Source of the DNA: Laetmonice hystrix
Taxonomy: Eukaryota
Length of the DNA: 64,000 nt
Assembly: GCA_965235115.1 (NCBI GenBank)
Contig: OZ249436.1
Span: 31,684,001-31,748,000, forward strand
Direction of reading: 5' to 3'
Shown here: positions 1-12,787 of the stretch, piece by piece
How the letters are laid out: each line of letters opens with the position of its first letter
How positions within the stretch are numbered: the first letter of the stretch is position 1
Notes under the pieces: model-generated
Seen by the model: only the letters and a program-made list of their open reading frames with translations
Database searches by the model: none
What the model was told of the DNA's origin: nothing
Translations under genes and position numbers: made by a program

Positions 1-1034
1 TTTTTTTAAAGTAAAAATTTGATCCAAACATCATTAGATTACCCTTAACTCGAGTTTTCTCCCAATTAAAAATCTTAAAATACACAATTTTGCACTTTAT
101 TTTACTTCCCACAAATTGATTTTGGTGCCTGCCAAAGTTCACAGCTGTACATTGCATCAATCAGACTGTATGTCTAGAGAATGCAATATTTAATTTTCAC
201 CCGCCCATGTGATGGCTCGGGGGTTATTGAAGTCAAAGTGTCCGTCCCGGAAGTCAATGAGGCTTCCCCCGTCCTCTCCCGCCGTCCTGGCCCAGCCGAG
301 TGACCGAGAGCGAGCGCTGGCCTGAGCACGATCACACTGATGTCAGTCGAGACTAAGCATGGCTGTAACACAGTGCAGTGCAGGGGGTTTCCACGTATCC
401 CGGAAACCCTTTCCCCCTTTTGGACAGTTTGGTAAAAAAAAGGGGATGTAAAATCAGGCCTGATTTTAAGATGTGAACGATCGTTTTGTTCGCGTGTCAT
501 TCACCTAAAATGGAAAGGCCGAGAACGAAAATCCGTTCACCTGCAAATTTTGCAATCCTGAGATTAACAGGTGAACGATCGTTTCGTTTGCCTGTCGTTT
601 ACCTAAAATAAATAACGGGAATAAAAAATGGGTTACGCAAATTTCCCCTAATTTCAGGCCTGTAAAATGCATTATTTTTTAACCAAAGGAAACTTTCATA
701 TTTCCAAACAAGATGTCCCGAAATTGCTTTATTTGATGTCTTTCTTTTTAATTTTCCAGAGCATGGCCTAATGGCCATCTCTGGAGTACCGAAACTTTGC
801 AAACCCCCGTAAAAAATTTCTAGATATGCCAGTGAATTGTTATCAGTTTCAACTGCCTCTGGGGTTTCAGTATTTTCCATCCTCAAAAGACTTGTCATAC
901 CTTATTTCTGTATAATTTCATAATAAAAGATGTATCTTAAAAGTACTTCTGGAGGATGTGTCCTCGTACAGGATATATATGTGGCATCTGTAAATAGGTG
1001 AGGAATTTTTGGATTCCCCAGGTTGGCAACACTG
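1..1034. mobile_element. Right part of a DNA transposon (left end outside window or unresolved)
   Basis: Ends in GTTGGCAACACTG (1022-1034), the reverse complement of CAGTGTTGCCAAC, a common DNA-transposon terminus. Internal repeat GTGAACGATCGTTT at ~473 and ~572. No partner TIR seen. Confidence 0.35.
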
Positions 1035-1062
1035 CTAACGTACTTGAGGTGGAGCTAAATTA

Positions 1063-1585
1063 GGCCACTTAAAATTAATAAATTGTTTTACATGGCCGGC
1101 CGCCTCAATTTTTTGGCGCCGCCTTGATTTTTTTATATTTTATATTTTTCAAAAAGTCCGTTTTTTTTCATCCCCAAAACCGTTAGAGATCGTCAGTGCA
1201 AGCGCACGCCGCGCACCATCTGTCGGTGGTGCATAAAACGAGTACCCGTGGTCGTTCAGAATATTGAGGACTCTATGTGCATATCTTTTGAAGCTTCAAT
1301 TGTTGGCTTTTTTAATGTTCAGTATTCTAGCTTTAAAATTTCTTGTTAAACCTAGTCTCCCACAGTTCTGTCAGGGTGTTACAGTTAAAGTGACCCTCAA
1401 GGTATAGAATGGTTGTACAAAATGTTGAGATATTGAGAAATTAAAAGTATTTTTCCAGTATTGGTGATCTCTGCTGTCCTTCTTCTTGTCGAGGAAAAAT
1501 ATAAAATATAAAATATAAAATGCCCTACTCACCAACATTTCAGAAGTTGGAGTCATGTAAAACAATTTATTAATTTTAAGTGGCC
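1063..1585. mobile_element. PIF/Harbinger-like MITE
   Basis: Perfect 32-bp TIR GGCCACTTAAAATTAATAAATTGTTTTACATG (1063-1094 / 1554-1585), with TTA on both flanks. Confidence 0.85.
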
Positions 1586-2764
1586 TTATGATCAATGTTC
1601 AAAAAATGAAGCGGCATATATTCAATTGTAATTGCTGAGGTCACTTCTGACAGGCCAGCCAACTTCCCCAGACACTCTGACCAACCAATGAAAACACTTT
1701 GACCAACCCCACCGGACACTCTGACCAACTGCCGGACACACTGACTTGCCGGATGCTCTGACCATCGGACGCACTGACTAGGATAAATCTGACGGCCCAT
1801 ACCATGGCCATGCCAATAGATGGTAATTTTGTCTTTTTGACATTTTCTATCATTTAGTATTTAGATATCTACACTAAGAAGACAAAGAGGGGCCCTTTGC
1901 ACTTTGTTGATCCCAAACCTAATCTGCTATAATGCTATGACCTATGTGTGAGCCTAGTATAATTAATATTATAGCTTTACCTTACAGTTACAATAATTGT
2001 TATCCCCTGCCCCAGGGCCAGGCTCTGCCCAGTCTCGGTCTCACGCTGTTAGATCGAGTACTATTAGTGGGCGAGCAGTGGCTCTGCCATGCAGAACCGT
2101 CATACCAGGCAGGATTGATGGGCGATAATATAAGACAAAGTGACATTTTGCCGACGTGTACACGTATAATTTCGTGCAGCATATGCTTCTAGCCCATAAC
2201 GTTAGGCGTTTATACCGGCGAAACGAGATCAATGATCAACAACTATCTCACCGAATATGTGTTTCTGTTTAATAATCTATAGCCTAGTTGTCTGGCATCT
2301 ATCATCAATCATGTAGGTACTGTGTGCCGTGGGTCGACCCTCAGCATGGCGAGATCCTAGACCAGTTCACACAGTAACTGAGGAACTGCAATCACTGCAA
2401 ACATCAAGTACAGCTAAGCTCTTTGAGCCATTCAAATTATTTTCAAATAATAAATACAATGATAATAATCCGTTCTATTCCTGCCCTAAATGTTTTCTTC
2501 AAATAGACTAACCTTCGTTGTAAACAATGTAGGTCCGGCCCAGATCACATTTTACTGAAACTATTAGACAGCACGGAATAGTACGGGATAATTCAGGAAC
2601 AATACCCGGCCGGGGAGGATCCAAATATGAATTTATTCTCTAAATTACACTCCTGTGAAGTTCAGTCACTTAAAATATAGTTAGTTACAAGTTAGTACAG
2701 TCACTATAGAGTCTACATTTCCACCGCGTGATCAGGGGCATGATAAACATGGGGACATAAACTT

Positions 2765-2948
2765 CAGGGCCGTGGCGTATAGCGAGGCTAGGCGTAGCCT
2801 GCGGGGGGGGGGGGGGGGGCAGGGCAGGGCGGGCAGCTGCCCCCCTGGGATTTCCAGTTTTTTGTGGGTTTTTTTTAACCCCCACCCCGGGCCAGCTCGG
2901 CCTACTGCCCCCCCCCCCCCCCCGCATTTGGGCCAGGCTACGGCCCTG
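2765..2948. mobile_element. Short CAG...CTG MITE with 5-bp TSD
   Basis: Termini CAGGGCCGT / ACGGCCCTG; AACTT duplicated at 2760-2764 and 2949-2953. Confidence 0.7.
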
Positions 2949-2957
2949 AACTTCTTA

Positions 2958-4032
2958 GGGGCAGACCATTTAATAGCGGGGGGGAGGGTATGGTTTTTCC
3001 TTCTGACCAAACTTTTTTTTTTGCTTCCAACAAAAAACAAACAATTTTTTTTTATCCCTAATCAAGAGCAAACAATTTTTTTTCCGAGGTGGCAGAGACA
3101 AACTTTTTTTTCCAGGACATAATTCTGCAGCAACCATTGTGTTATCCCGTAAATTTCTGTTCCACAGACATAGGCGCCGGAAGATATTCACAGGTGGGCG
3201 GGGGGGCACCAAATCATAGGTCCCAAGTTCCAAGTTTTGAAATGCTGGTGATAAGAACGTCGAAGGCGCGAAGTCTCGAGCGGGGGTCTGGGGGCCCTCC
3301 CCCGAAAAAGAATTGAAAATTAAAGTGCCAAATACACGTTTTCCTGGCATCTGGGAACAAAATCTAGGCCCTCTGTCGACGGTCTGACCATCTCCTGCCA
3401 CCTTGGAGCTGGGGGGAGGGGAACTATATGCTTGCCCCCCAGCTTTTGAGCTGGGGGTGGGGGGTGGGGGGTGGGGGGGGGGGGGGGGTGGGGGGGGGCA
3501 ACAGGCCGGTTTCTACATATAACATCTCTACCACAGCCTTAGGAATATATGATTGTACTGTATTCAGCTTTGAACCATGCAGTACTTTTATAATAGACTA
3601 TGAAACAAATTGGAAGTTCTAATTGTCTTCACAGATTTGTGGGCTTTCAAATATCTTGTAGTGCAAGCGAATGTCTACATGAAACAATTGATCAAGTTAT
3701 ACATACTAGTATTCAATTGCATGTCATAATTGTTCAGACTGATATGTTTTACTCAGTATTGTATAGAGTATGCCTAAATAAAACTGCTGACCGAGCGGAG
3801 CGAGGAAAATTTTTGGTCTTCTTTTAATTTTTTAGCAGTTTCAGGCAGATTTTTTTTTATAAATCTGCTTCCTGTCAACAATCTATTTTTTTTTCACACA
3901 CATTGCTAAACAAACTATTTTTTTCACACACATTTGAGAGCAAACTATTTTTTTGGGTAAACTTGGCAAACAAACTTTTTTTTTACGAAAAAACCATACC
4001 CCCCCCCCCCCAGCTATTAAATGGTCTGCCCC
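2958..4032. mobile_element. PIF/Harbinger-like MITE, probably with an internal insertion (~3170-3545)
   Basis: TIR GGGGCAGACCATTTAATAGC..GGGTATGGTTTTT / AAAACCATACCC..GCTATTAAATGGTCTGCCCC; TTA on both flanks. Confidence 0.85.
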
Positions 4033-4124
4033 TTATAATATTAATATCCCATGCCATGGGCATGGCCATGGCATGGGTATGGCCACAGCATTGATTATTA
4101 TACTTTTATAGATTGTCCATTATC

Positions 4125-4522
4125 ATTATGACGTTATTATAGTGATGTCACAATTATTCTGATTCATAAGATACATTGTCAAGTAAAAACGTCACGATAG
4201 TGACGTCAGAATAGCCATATCAGAGAAAGTATAATTATTGTGACGTAGTGAAAATGGCGGGCCGCGATAGACAGAGCCAAGTTCCCCCAATTTCACCTTC
4301 CTATCGCTAAATTTGCTTTACGATCTGACTCTGAAACGATAACAAACAGCCCCAATAGCTCGCCCCCTGACGGGTACGGCAGTAGGCAGGCATGCCGTAC
4401 GTGCCATTCGACGAACCGCCGAGTGTGCCTGGTAAAATCCCTGTCACAATTGACCTGCATCCGGGCATCTTGTGGATCTGCATCCATTGTGAAAACTACA
4501 GACTGGCATCGCGGGCGAAAAT
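4125..4522 (+). promoter_or_regulatory. Probable promoter and non-coding first exon of the variable-exon gene
   Basis: Cluster of CRE/ATF-like sites (TGACGTCA at 4201 plus TGACG half sites), YY1-type AAAATGGCGG at 4251-4260, CpG-rich stretch, and candidate donor AAT|GTGAGT at 4522/4523. Confidence 0.5.
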
Positions 4523-6247
4523 GTGAGTATTTTGGTCCAGAAATCAATATGTTGGTCCTGGATTTCATGCCCCGGCCATGATTAGCATTTTGACCGATGC
4601 AGATTCAACAGGTTTAATACAGACATTACGTTAACACATTTTGTGTGGGGGTTAGGCGTGTCAGAAGAATGAAAACATGAGGCGATTGAATCGGAGCCGA
4701 CAAACGATGATGACAGTTGTCAGAGAGTTGACAGGGACTGTCTGCGCTGCGCCCTAATTATCATTGGCTTAAATATGCCATGCAGCCCCGTCATCATGAA
4801 TGACATTGTCATTGGCCGAATTAAGTTTAAGGCCGTAATCGCAAGCTCTGTAATTCTGTCACATAAGGGCCGCCGAAAGTCAAGGCAGGCCCTGAACTGG
4901 GGCAAACTCAGTAACGTTAGGCATTAAATAAAAATAAAAATTAAAAAAAAGTGTTTGAGCCCCCAAATAGTGAACCTCCATCCACCTTGACTTTTGTTCA
5001 CATCGAGACAAACACAAAGCCGAAGGGAAGAACCTTGCTTTAGGTTTTCGTTTATTAATTAGGGGTACGCACAACGTCTCCACGTCATAATTGCATGCCA
5101 CATAACAACCTTTCCATTTCAAAAAGATAATATTTTGAAGCACATTTTGTTAAGGCCTTTCTTTCTGTATTTGCAGGAATGATATTTGATATTTCCAAAA
5201 AAGCCTGTGCGTGTGGACTGCACAGCATAGAAGCAGTATTCTGGCTGACACGGGCCCCAAAAAGCCATAGGAACGAGTTTCTGAATGACATTTTTTTCCA
5301 AATTTTCAAGGGGGGGGGGCCAGACCTTGCCTTCAGCGCTCGTATGTCTTGCTTTGCCCAATGGGGCCCCCCGCCCTCAGATTTTCTGGATCTGCCAATG
5401 CAGCAGAAGCTCTGCTAAATTACAACCTTGGCTCAAAATAAGCAGAATCACATCCCAATTTGCATTCCAAAATTTGTGTTTTCTGATACGGTACATGTAA
5501 CAAACTAATGGGAAGCAAAATTGCAAATCACTGGTTGCAGGGGTGTGTGAAACTGGTCCTGCCACCTTCCCGCATTCCCATGTGGTTGGGTGCCAGTGGT
5601 TACATGTAATCTTTCTCACAGGTTATTGAATGGCTATTAAACATAGGCATCCCTCCAGACTGCAATACACCTGTATGGACACGTAGTTCTCGTGAGGTCT
5701 GAGATGAGTGAATCCATCATTGTGGACACCAAAACTAGCTTTAAATTAATTTTCCGTACTCATTCACAGAGCTTTATGATTTGACCATTTTGGACACCAT
5801 TTCTGCCATATTTCTGCTTTGGGCCCACCGCCTACCCCCACCCACTTCCAAAACACTGGTCCCACACCTGAATACATCAGTGATGTACTTTGTCTGATAC
5901 TAGTAAATATTCTATAATATTCATCCCAACTTTTCCAAGGTTTTCCTGCATCCCAAGTAAACTTTTCCATTTTGAAGTGACTGTTAATCCAAAATTAACT
6001 ACATTTGTATTCTAATTTTTTTTTTAATCAAAGACTACAATAAACAAAATTTGAGGGGGGGGGGGGTATTTGATTCATTCTGGATCATAGTTTCAGGAAA
6101 TTTTGAATCACATTTACAAATTGCTTCTCAAACAAACAAACAATAGCAAAATTACTTCAGGCCCCTCAAAAATTATTTCCAGCTTTGTATTGGTTGTATA
6201 AATTTGTAAATATTTTTTGTATGATTATATTATGTAAATCAAATAGT

Positions 6248-7181
6248 CAGAGCTTCAGATAAGGTGCGTATTTACGTATTTACGCACTGAAGTGGTGGAA
6301 ATACGCAGTAATATCAGGGTCTGCCAAATCCCCCATAAATGTGGTTGCCCAGTGGGCAACCACAAATTCAAAAGTGGTGGCCCGACAAATAGAACTGGTT
6401 GCCCAGGATTTTTTGGTTCAAATATGAAGAAAAGCTTTGATTCACAAAAAAAAAATTATTGCCTCAAAAACTTGAAAAGCGTATGGCCATCAAGATGGCG
6501 ATAGCCTGGGCTATCTGTCAGCCATGGTCTATTGCAGTGTCCGGGTCAAAATCAAACTTTGGCCCATCAACTGCAAACGTTATGTAGGCCGACTCTGCAC
6601 TGTCAGCACCAACAACACTCTCATGCTCAGATGCAGGCGGCCGGCAACATGTAGGCTTCAGGCAGCCCAGCCCCAGGGCCAGGCACCAGTCATGTGACAT
6701 GTACTGATGTGGTCGCCCGACGGGCGACCGATCTATTCAATCCAGTTGCCCAGACCATAATTCTGGTTGTCCCGGGCGCTCGGTCCCTCGATTTGGCGGA
6801 CCCTGAATATTAAAGACCCTATCGTCAAAAACGCATCAGTATTGGGTAATAAAACCTTCCCATACGCTAGGTCCTTCTGTGCTGAGCGTCATATATGGTT
6901 GGGAGGGGCCTTCTAAAATGGTCTGCAGTGGTCAGCAAGCGCTGGCTGGGTGCCAACAGCTGGACACGTTGGCACCCTGCCAGTAGGGTGCCAACTGGAC
7001 AATACTATAAGTTGTCAGTTTCAGTTGTTCCCAGCATTAGCAAACACATGCAGGTCATTTGAAAGTGGGAAGTTAGAAGTCAAATACGCAACACTTGTTG
7101 AGGATGGGTACTACAATACGCAAGCTGAAAAAAGAGGGGGAGTCAAAAACTTCCCACCTTAAAATATTATCAGAAGCCCTG
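6248..7181. mobile_element. Non-autonomous DNA transposon (CAG...CTG, 6-bp TSD)
   Basis: TIR CAGAGCTTCAGATAA / TTATCAGAAGCCCTG; AATAGT duplicated at 6242-6247 and 7182-7187. Confidence 0.75.
6315..6805. mobile_element. MITE nested in 6248-7181 (5-bp TSD)
   Basis: TIR CAGGGTCTGCCAAATC / GATTTGGCGGACCCTG; TSD AATAT (6310-6314, 6806-6810). Confidence 0.8.
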
Positions 7182-7600
7182 AATAGTGTTGTCAACTTTT
7201 TATAGCCAGGGGCTACTGAATTCTGCAGTTGGGCTACCATTATCTACCAAGGGCTTCCTTCCATGGGCTATTAGTTACATTTTCAATTTGGGCTGCCTTT
7301 GTACACTAGTATTATAGTATTTGATTGGACTGCTGACGCTTGAGCTAGTGGATAGAAAGTTCAGCTCATGGGTTCTCTGCTGCCACTAAAGTTCTGGGCA
7401 ACCAGTTGCTAAAAAAAAGTTAACAGTAACACCATGTGCTGTAATTGTGTAAATATATATTATATTCAGAAGTGTCCTTTAAGTTCTGTTATATCCATAA
7501 ATGAACAAAGGATTTCCATGCTTACTATATTTGGTGTTCTACATTCCAGCACCATTTTCTTTTTAGAATGTTGCTTGGCTGAAGAATCAAAAAGCTTGCC

Positions 7601-8551
7601 ATGGTAGCTAAGGCTGAGCAGCTTCGAATTAAGGCACAATTGGTAGAAGCCATCAAGGTTCTATGTAGGAATGGCCTTGGCTTCAAAGCAAACCTCAGTA
7701 TTGAAGGCCTTCTAGGAATAACTCTTGACGATGAAGACATATTTCTTGTAAGTGTACACGAATTGATTCGGAAAAATGAAGATGGAGTTCTTGAAAGTTC
7801 AACACCAATGGAAGAGCGGAATAGTTCCTCTGAACGCCATTATGGGGTGCTACAACAACAGCAACAGCAGCAGCAACAACAGCAACAACAACAGCAGCAG
7901 CGTAATATTGTGGCAGCAAGTCAGGCAATGGACAGAGTTATGCTACCCGCTCTACCACCTAGTGCCCTTGTGGTCGCTGGGTCGGCAGGAATGAGCCTAC
8001 AACAACAGGTCCAGCACCTGCAACAGCAACAACAGCAGCAGGTGGCTGCTGTGCCATACCGCACACTCTCTGTAGATCACATGACGTCACCTGTTGCCAT
8101 CACACAACGGCGCACATCCAGCCTACCCCAGTCCCATAGTAGTGACCAAATTTCATTTACCTCCACCGTGGACAGTGCAATAGGCAGTAGTGCCGGGAGT
8201 AGTACCCAACCTTCACCACATATACCAATATTGAACACTAGGCGCCGCCGTAGAACTAACAGTGACCAATTAGACCCCCTGGCTAAACGTGCAACATTGA
8301 GCACAGAAAGCTCCAATGATTCAAACAGTGTTAGTGGAGGCGAGAATGTTGTAGTGAAAAATGAGCCATTGTCAGACTCAGAAAATGAAGGGACTTCACG
8401 TTCAGTTGATAGTGACTTCACTGTGCAGACCCCAGTGTACTCAGTGGTCGGAGAGGCAGTCCCAGGGTGTTCGACATGGGATCCAAGCATCCCTAACACA
8501 CCTGTCCACACAGTCGCAATGCCAGCCACACCAGGAACACAGCCTACACAG
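7601..8551 (+). CDS. Common (constant) coding exon of an uncharacterised nuclear protein with alternative C-termini
   Basis: Acceptor TTTTCTTTTTAG| at 7566, Kozak-like GCCATGG at 7601, 317 codons to a phase-0 donor CAG|GTAAAA at 8551. The ~58-aa N-terminal module (EQLRIKAQLVEAIKVLCRNGL..LSIEGLLGITLDDEDIFLVSVHELI) is followed by polyQ, an S/T-rich linker, a basic RRRRR..KR stretch (NLS-like) and VKNE (SUMO consensus). Confidence 0.85.
7850..7900 (+). repeat. Coding CAA/CAG polyglutamine repeat
   Basis: Mixed CAA/CAG run encoding about 16 Q within the common exon; a second, shorter run at ~8000-8041. Confidence 0.9.
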
Positions 8552-9396
8552 GTAAAAGAAATACACATCTTTTCATAAATTTGTGAGCCCAAGGCAAAGG
8601 TCTTTGCAGGCATGACCATTATCATTTTCTGAATGTATAATAAAATAAAGATTTCTAAACTGCAAGAATAGTGTAAGAGGTAAGGGTATCGTGAATGATC
8701 AATGTTAAGATTACAGATTTGTTTTTGTAACCTCCCTCCCAAATATCGGTTTACAATTACAGACAGTGCTTGAACACTGCAAACAAAATGAAAGGATGCT
8801 AAACCGTATTTTATAAGTCGTTTTCATGACTTTTCGTGCTAGAATCATGCTTGCATAATTATTTTCAAAAGAAGATAATATGGCTGTAAAGAGAAATAAG
8901 CAGCCTTTCCATGATGTGATATGTGGTGACTTTTTTAAATGATGGTAGCAGATGATTCTTGTAGTTTTACCAATCAAATTATTAATTTCAGGTTCAAGGT
9001 AGTAATCTTTAAATTGGCAGTGAATTGTCAAACAGTTACCGGTATGTTATGGTGTGTACATGTACATAAATCGATTGATTTGATAGATCTATGACAAAAC
9101 ATGACAGTTACTCGATACCTGACACATACACACATTTCTGTATACTACTTGCGCCCATTCTCAAAGCAGTGGTCACTGTGGTGTAGTGTAAGAATGGATT
9201 TATGCATGGACTGCCAGGTGACAAATGGCCATTCAACTTCTACTCATCCACACTGATTGCCAGTGGCTGGCTTATTATACAGTCGCAGGCTTTACCATTT
9301 TATGCATAGGAGAAGAAATTACGTTAGGCTTCAACTCAATGTCTTCCAATGAGCACAACTACCTTATTTGCCGTGGCGCCTTATGGAAGTGAGTTA

Positions 9397-9752
9397 TAGG
9401 GCTGGGACGATACACTCTGTTCACGATACGATACGTATCTCAATATTTACTCCACAATACGATATGTATCTAAATTCCATTCAAACTGACTACTGATCAA
9501 GTGCAGGTATTATCTTTCTCTTTGATGTTTGCTCTGGAGGAGTAAATGGAGCAATAGTGCAATACATAGAGAACATGGCCGCAATATCAGTATGACACAA
9601 TGGGCCATGGCTTTCATTAGTTTTCTATCACTTTTTATCACGTTTTAACGCCTTTTTGATAACAAATAAAGAATATTAACATATCGTATTCAGTTTTTGA
9701 AAAGTGAAAAAATCCGGATTCACGATAGTATCGATGAATTGTCACAGCACTA
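9397..9752. mobile_element. hAT-type MITE
   Basis: Termini TAGGGCTGGGACGAT / ATTGTCACAGCACTA; perfect 8-bp TSD GTGAGTTA (9389-9396, 9753-9760). Confidence 0.85.
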
Positions 9753-10472
9753 GTGAGTTATAAGAGCCATGATATCAGATGGTGCTGTAAATTATATCTG
9801 AAATGGTTGAGATGATATTTATGACACTCTGTTGTTATTGGACCCAGTCCTTGTCATTTCCTGATTTTCTTTTTAATATTTCTAAATCATGACAATACAT
9901 CAAGGTACAGCTGTTTCATGAATGCTCCATATTTTAGACATTTTGTGAACAAATATTGGCTCCATAAATATGCAATGAAACCTTTTGTGACCCTTTCATT
10001 GCATGAAATGTTAAGTGTAGTGGCTCACAAGGCATGCATGTCATCTTCATGGTACGGTAAATTTTGAAATATTTTACTCTTGAGGGCAATGCTTCAAGTT
10101 CAACACCTAGGGGGTACTGGTAAGCAGGGGCTAGCAACTTCCTCCGTTAAGATTCAGGCAAAGTAGTTTATCCCTCTCCAATCTCAGTCAAAGTAATCAA
10201 TCCAAATGAGGCTTATTCCCTGATGGCTTTTGAACCAACTCCCACCATTATAGCTGATACATCAAGTATAAGATTTCTTTTTTTTCTATAGAGAACTTTT
10301 TTTTTCTTTTTAAAGTTAAAAATAAGCATTGGTTTCCATTTTCCATAGTTTCACATGTGCTAGCCTAAGGCTTTGGTGCTATTATTGTTTAAATGTAACT
10401 AAGGGACTGGTCCGTCTGCACTGGCACTTGGCTCTTCCATACTCTAACCCCAGTTTTCCTTTCTCCCCCTAG

Positions 10473-11054
10473 GTGTTGTCAGGGACCAGGGGCATGATCA
10501 GTTGCTATGGTAACAACCACGCTAATCACCATGGCAACAGCAGAGGTGTTGTGCTGCCGGAGACGGCGCTGTGCTCGGCCCACCGTAGCATCTTGGAGCA
10601 GACAGGGTGCATAGTGTTCGCCTCCAGCGTGGTGCTCCAAGACGGCACAAAGACTCACACACGAACTAATGCTCACCTCGTGCAGATCATGCAGGACATG
10701 ACGTATCCGCTCGGCCATCCACGACACGTCGGCCAGTACAAAGAGGTCATGGCGGGCCGCTACTCTCGTAAGGTATTTTACAAGTGTCCCCCAGAGGTGA
10801 TTCGTCAGGAGATGCTGGGGGCATATGGAATCTCGCTCAAGACATACACTAAACTTTTTTATAGTGATGTCAAACCTGTGACCTCAAGCTCAAAGTGGTT
10901 TGAAACGGTTGAGACGCTAATGTTAAATTTTCCATATGGACCACGACTTTTCCCATTACAGATGATGGGTTTAACAGAAGACCAGATGAGGGTGCTGAGC
11001 ATGGTGAGGGTGTACAAAGAGACCAAACAAAACCAAGGACAGGCTGCTAAATAA
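10473..11054 (+). CDS. Alternative terminal exon A (193 aa, unrecognised globular-looking domain)
   Basis: Branch-like CTCTAAC (10442), polypyrimidine tract and TAG| at 10472. The open frame starts exactly at the acceptor in phase 0, matching the 8551 donor, and ends in TAA. Confidence 0.75.
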   Translation: MLSGTRGMISCYGNNHANHHGNSRGVVLPETALCSAHRSILEQTGCIVFASSVVLQDGTKTHTRTNAHLVQIMQDMTYPLGHPRHVGQYKEVMAGRYSRKVFYKCPPEVIRQEMLGAYGISLKTYTKLFYSDVKPVTSSSKWFETVETLMLNFPYGPRLFPLQMMGLTEDQMRVLSMVRVYKETKQNQGQAAK

Positions 11055-12787
11055 TAACCTACCATCACAAGGACAAAAAACAAAGCCACAACCCAACCAC
11101 TCCAACAGTTACAAGGACAGGAAACAATATTTAAAGTCATAATTGCTAAATCGATCTCCCACTAATTACTGTATCAGTCTGAGCCAATAACAGACTACAG
11201 AATGATAAGTTAAAACAATTTCACTTTAGGAGTTTCAGCTAGGATCAGACACCTTTTACCAACCCCCAAGAGTTGTGTGTTTCCTGTTCATATCATTCGT
11301 ACGGTACATTCAGAGTATTTACGAGCACTCTTGGCAGCCTGTTCTGACAGTACAGCCTACTGCAGCATGTATCCACTATTTCAGGTTATGGCAAGAAGAA
11401 CTCTGGCTCAAATCATAGATTCTATTGAATTTAAAAAAAAGAAAATCAATTCACAAGAGACATATATTTCCAGTCAACAGACATATCCCTTGGGTGCATT
11501 ATAAATTAATATGGAAACCGGAGTAAAATGACGAAAGACACATTCCCGCCGATAACAACACCGACAGCATGTATATGTAGGGAGATGGAGCATGTTTAGA
11601 GAAATAAGAACGGTCATGGCTTTTTAAAAGTTCTTCAACATATATTGTCTCTGTTTTGGTGTGTATGTTGGCTTGATGTGATTACCTCGATTACAACTAC
11701 CGGTACCAGGCTTAATGTTTGTGTCGGTATTGGTATCGGCCATCAACATGAACAATTGGTAAGACTTTGTGGTGCATGTTGTACTTCATATATGCAAATA
11801 CATACACACATCATGTATGCATATATGATAAGTAAATAATATACATACATATAAATATATATATTTGTAAAGGAAGAGTTTGTGAAAGTGTTGGTGTGCA
11901 AATCCATGATGTGCTACACTTCATAGAGAAGGTTACAGTCATAATGTGTTGTGTGGATCAAAGTGTGACTCAATTTATAAAAGGCAGGAACCAGTATCTC
12001 GCATAACTTTGGTGCTGAGCATCTTCTGCAGACTTAGGCCAGAGAAAAGGTGTTCTTTTGAGCAGAGGTTTATCTTTTAAAAATGTATGCTTACAGGTTT
12101 AGTTTATTTATACAAAGTCTCTTATTTTGAAAACGAGACTTTTTCATTAGGCATTACTCATGTAGTGTCATGTTAGCGTCTCCATCAGTATTCTTTCTTG
12201 ACAGTTTTCCAAGGTGAAACACATACTTTACAGACTTAAAAGAGGGAGAGGGGAAGAAACCTCAAAATCTGTGATTACTACATGTCTGTGTCTGATGGGT
12301 TTCTAAAAAAATTTCAGCATGTAAAACGGTATGGTGTAGATGCTGCCCAGTGTATTAAAAAGATGTGTTCACCAACATGGTTGATTAATGAAAATGGTTG
12401 GATTGGCTGGTGAACACCTGGCAGGCATCCAGAAGTGAATGCTTTCCTTGTTTGCCTTTCACGTCAAGGTCTGGGAACCATTTATTCTCAGGTGAGAAGG
12501 GAGAGACTGATTGGATATTGGACGGTCACAGTCGTCCTGTGTCTATTAACAAGAGTTCTACAACTTGTTTATTGTCTTTTTACAAACTGGCTTTAACATT
12601 CAGAAATGAAGCCTCCAAGCTGAATTCTCAGTCTTTGGTTTCAGCGTCGACATGGAGAGAGGATGATGGAGAAGTCCAAAGTTTACAAGCCTTTTGTAGT
12701 TTTAACGGTGCTAACAACATTATGAGGCTACATGTAAATTGTATCCCTTATTACCCGGGTCAAACTGATTTCCCAAATGTTATGTTA

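Noticed and set aside
2685..3622. Gly/Pro-rich ORFs
   Set aside because: They arise from poly-G/C runs within MITEs.
8077..8742. 221-aa minus-strand ORF
   Set aside because: Antisense shadow of the common exon.
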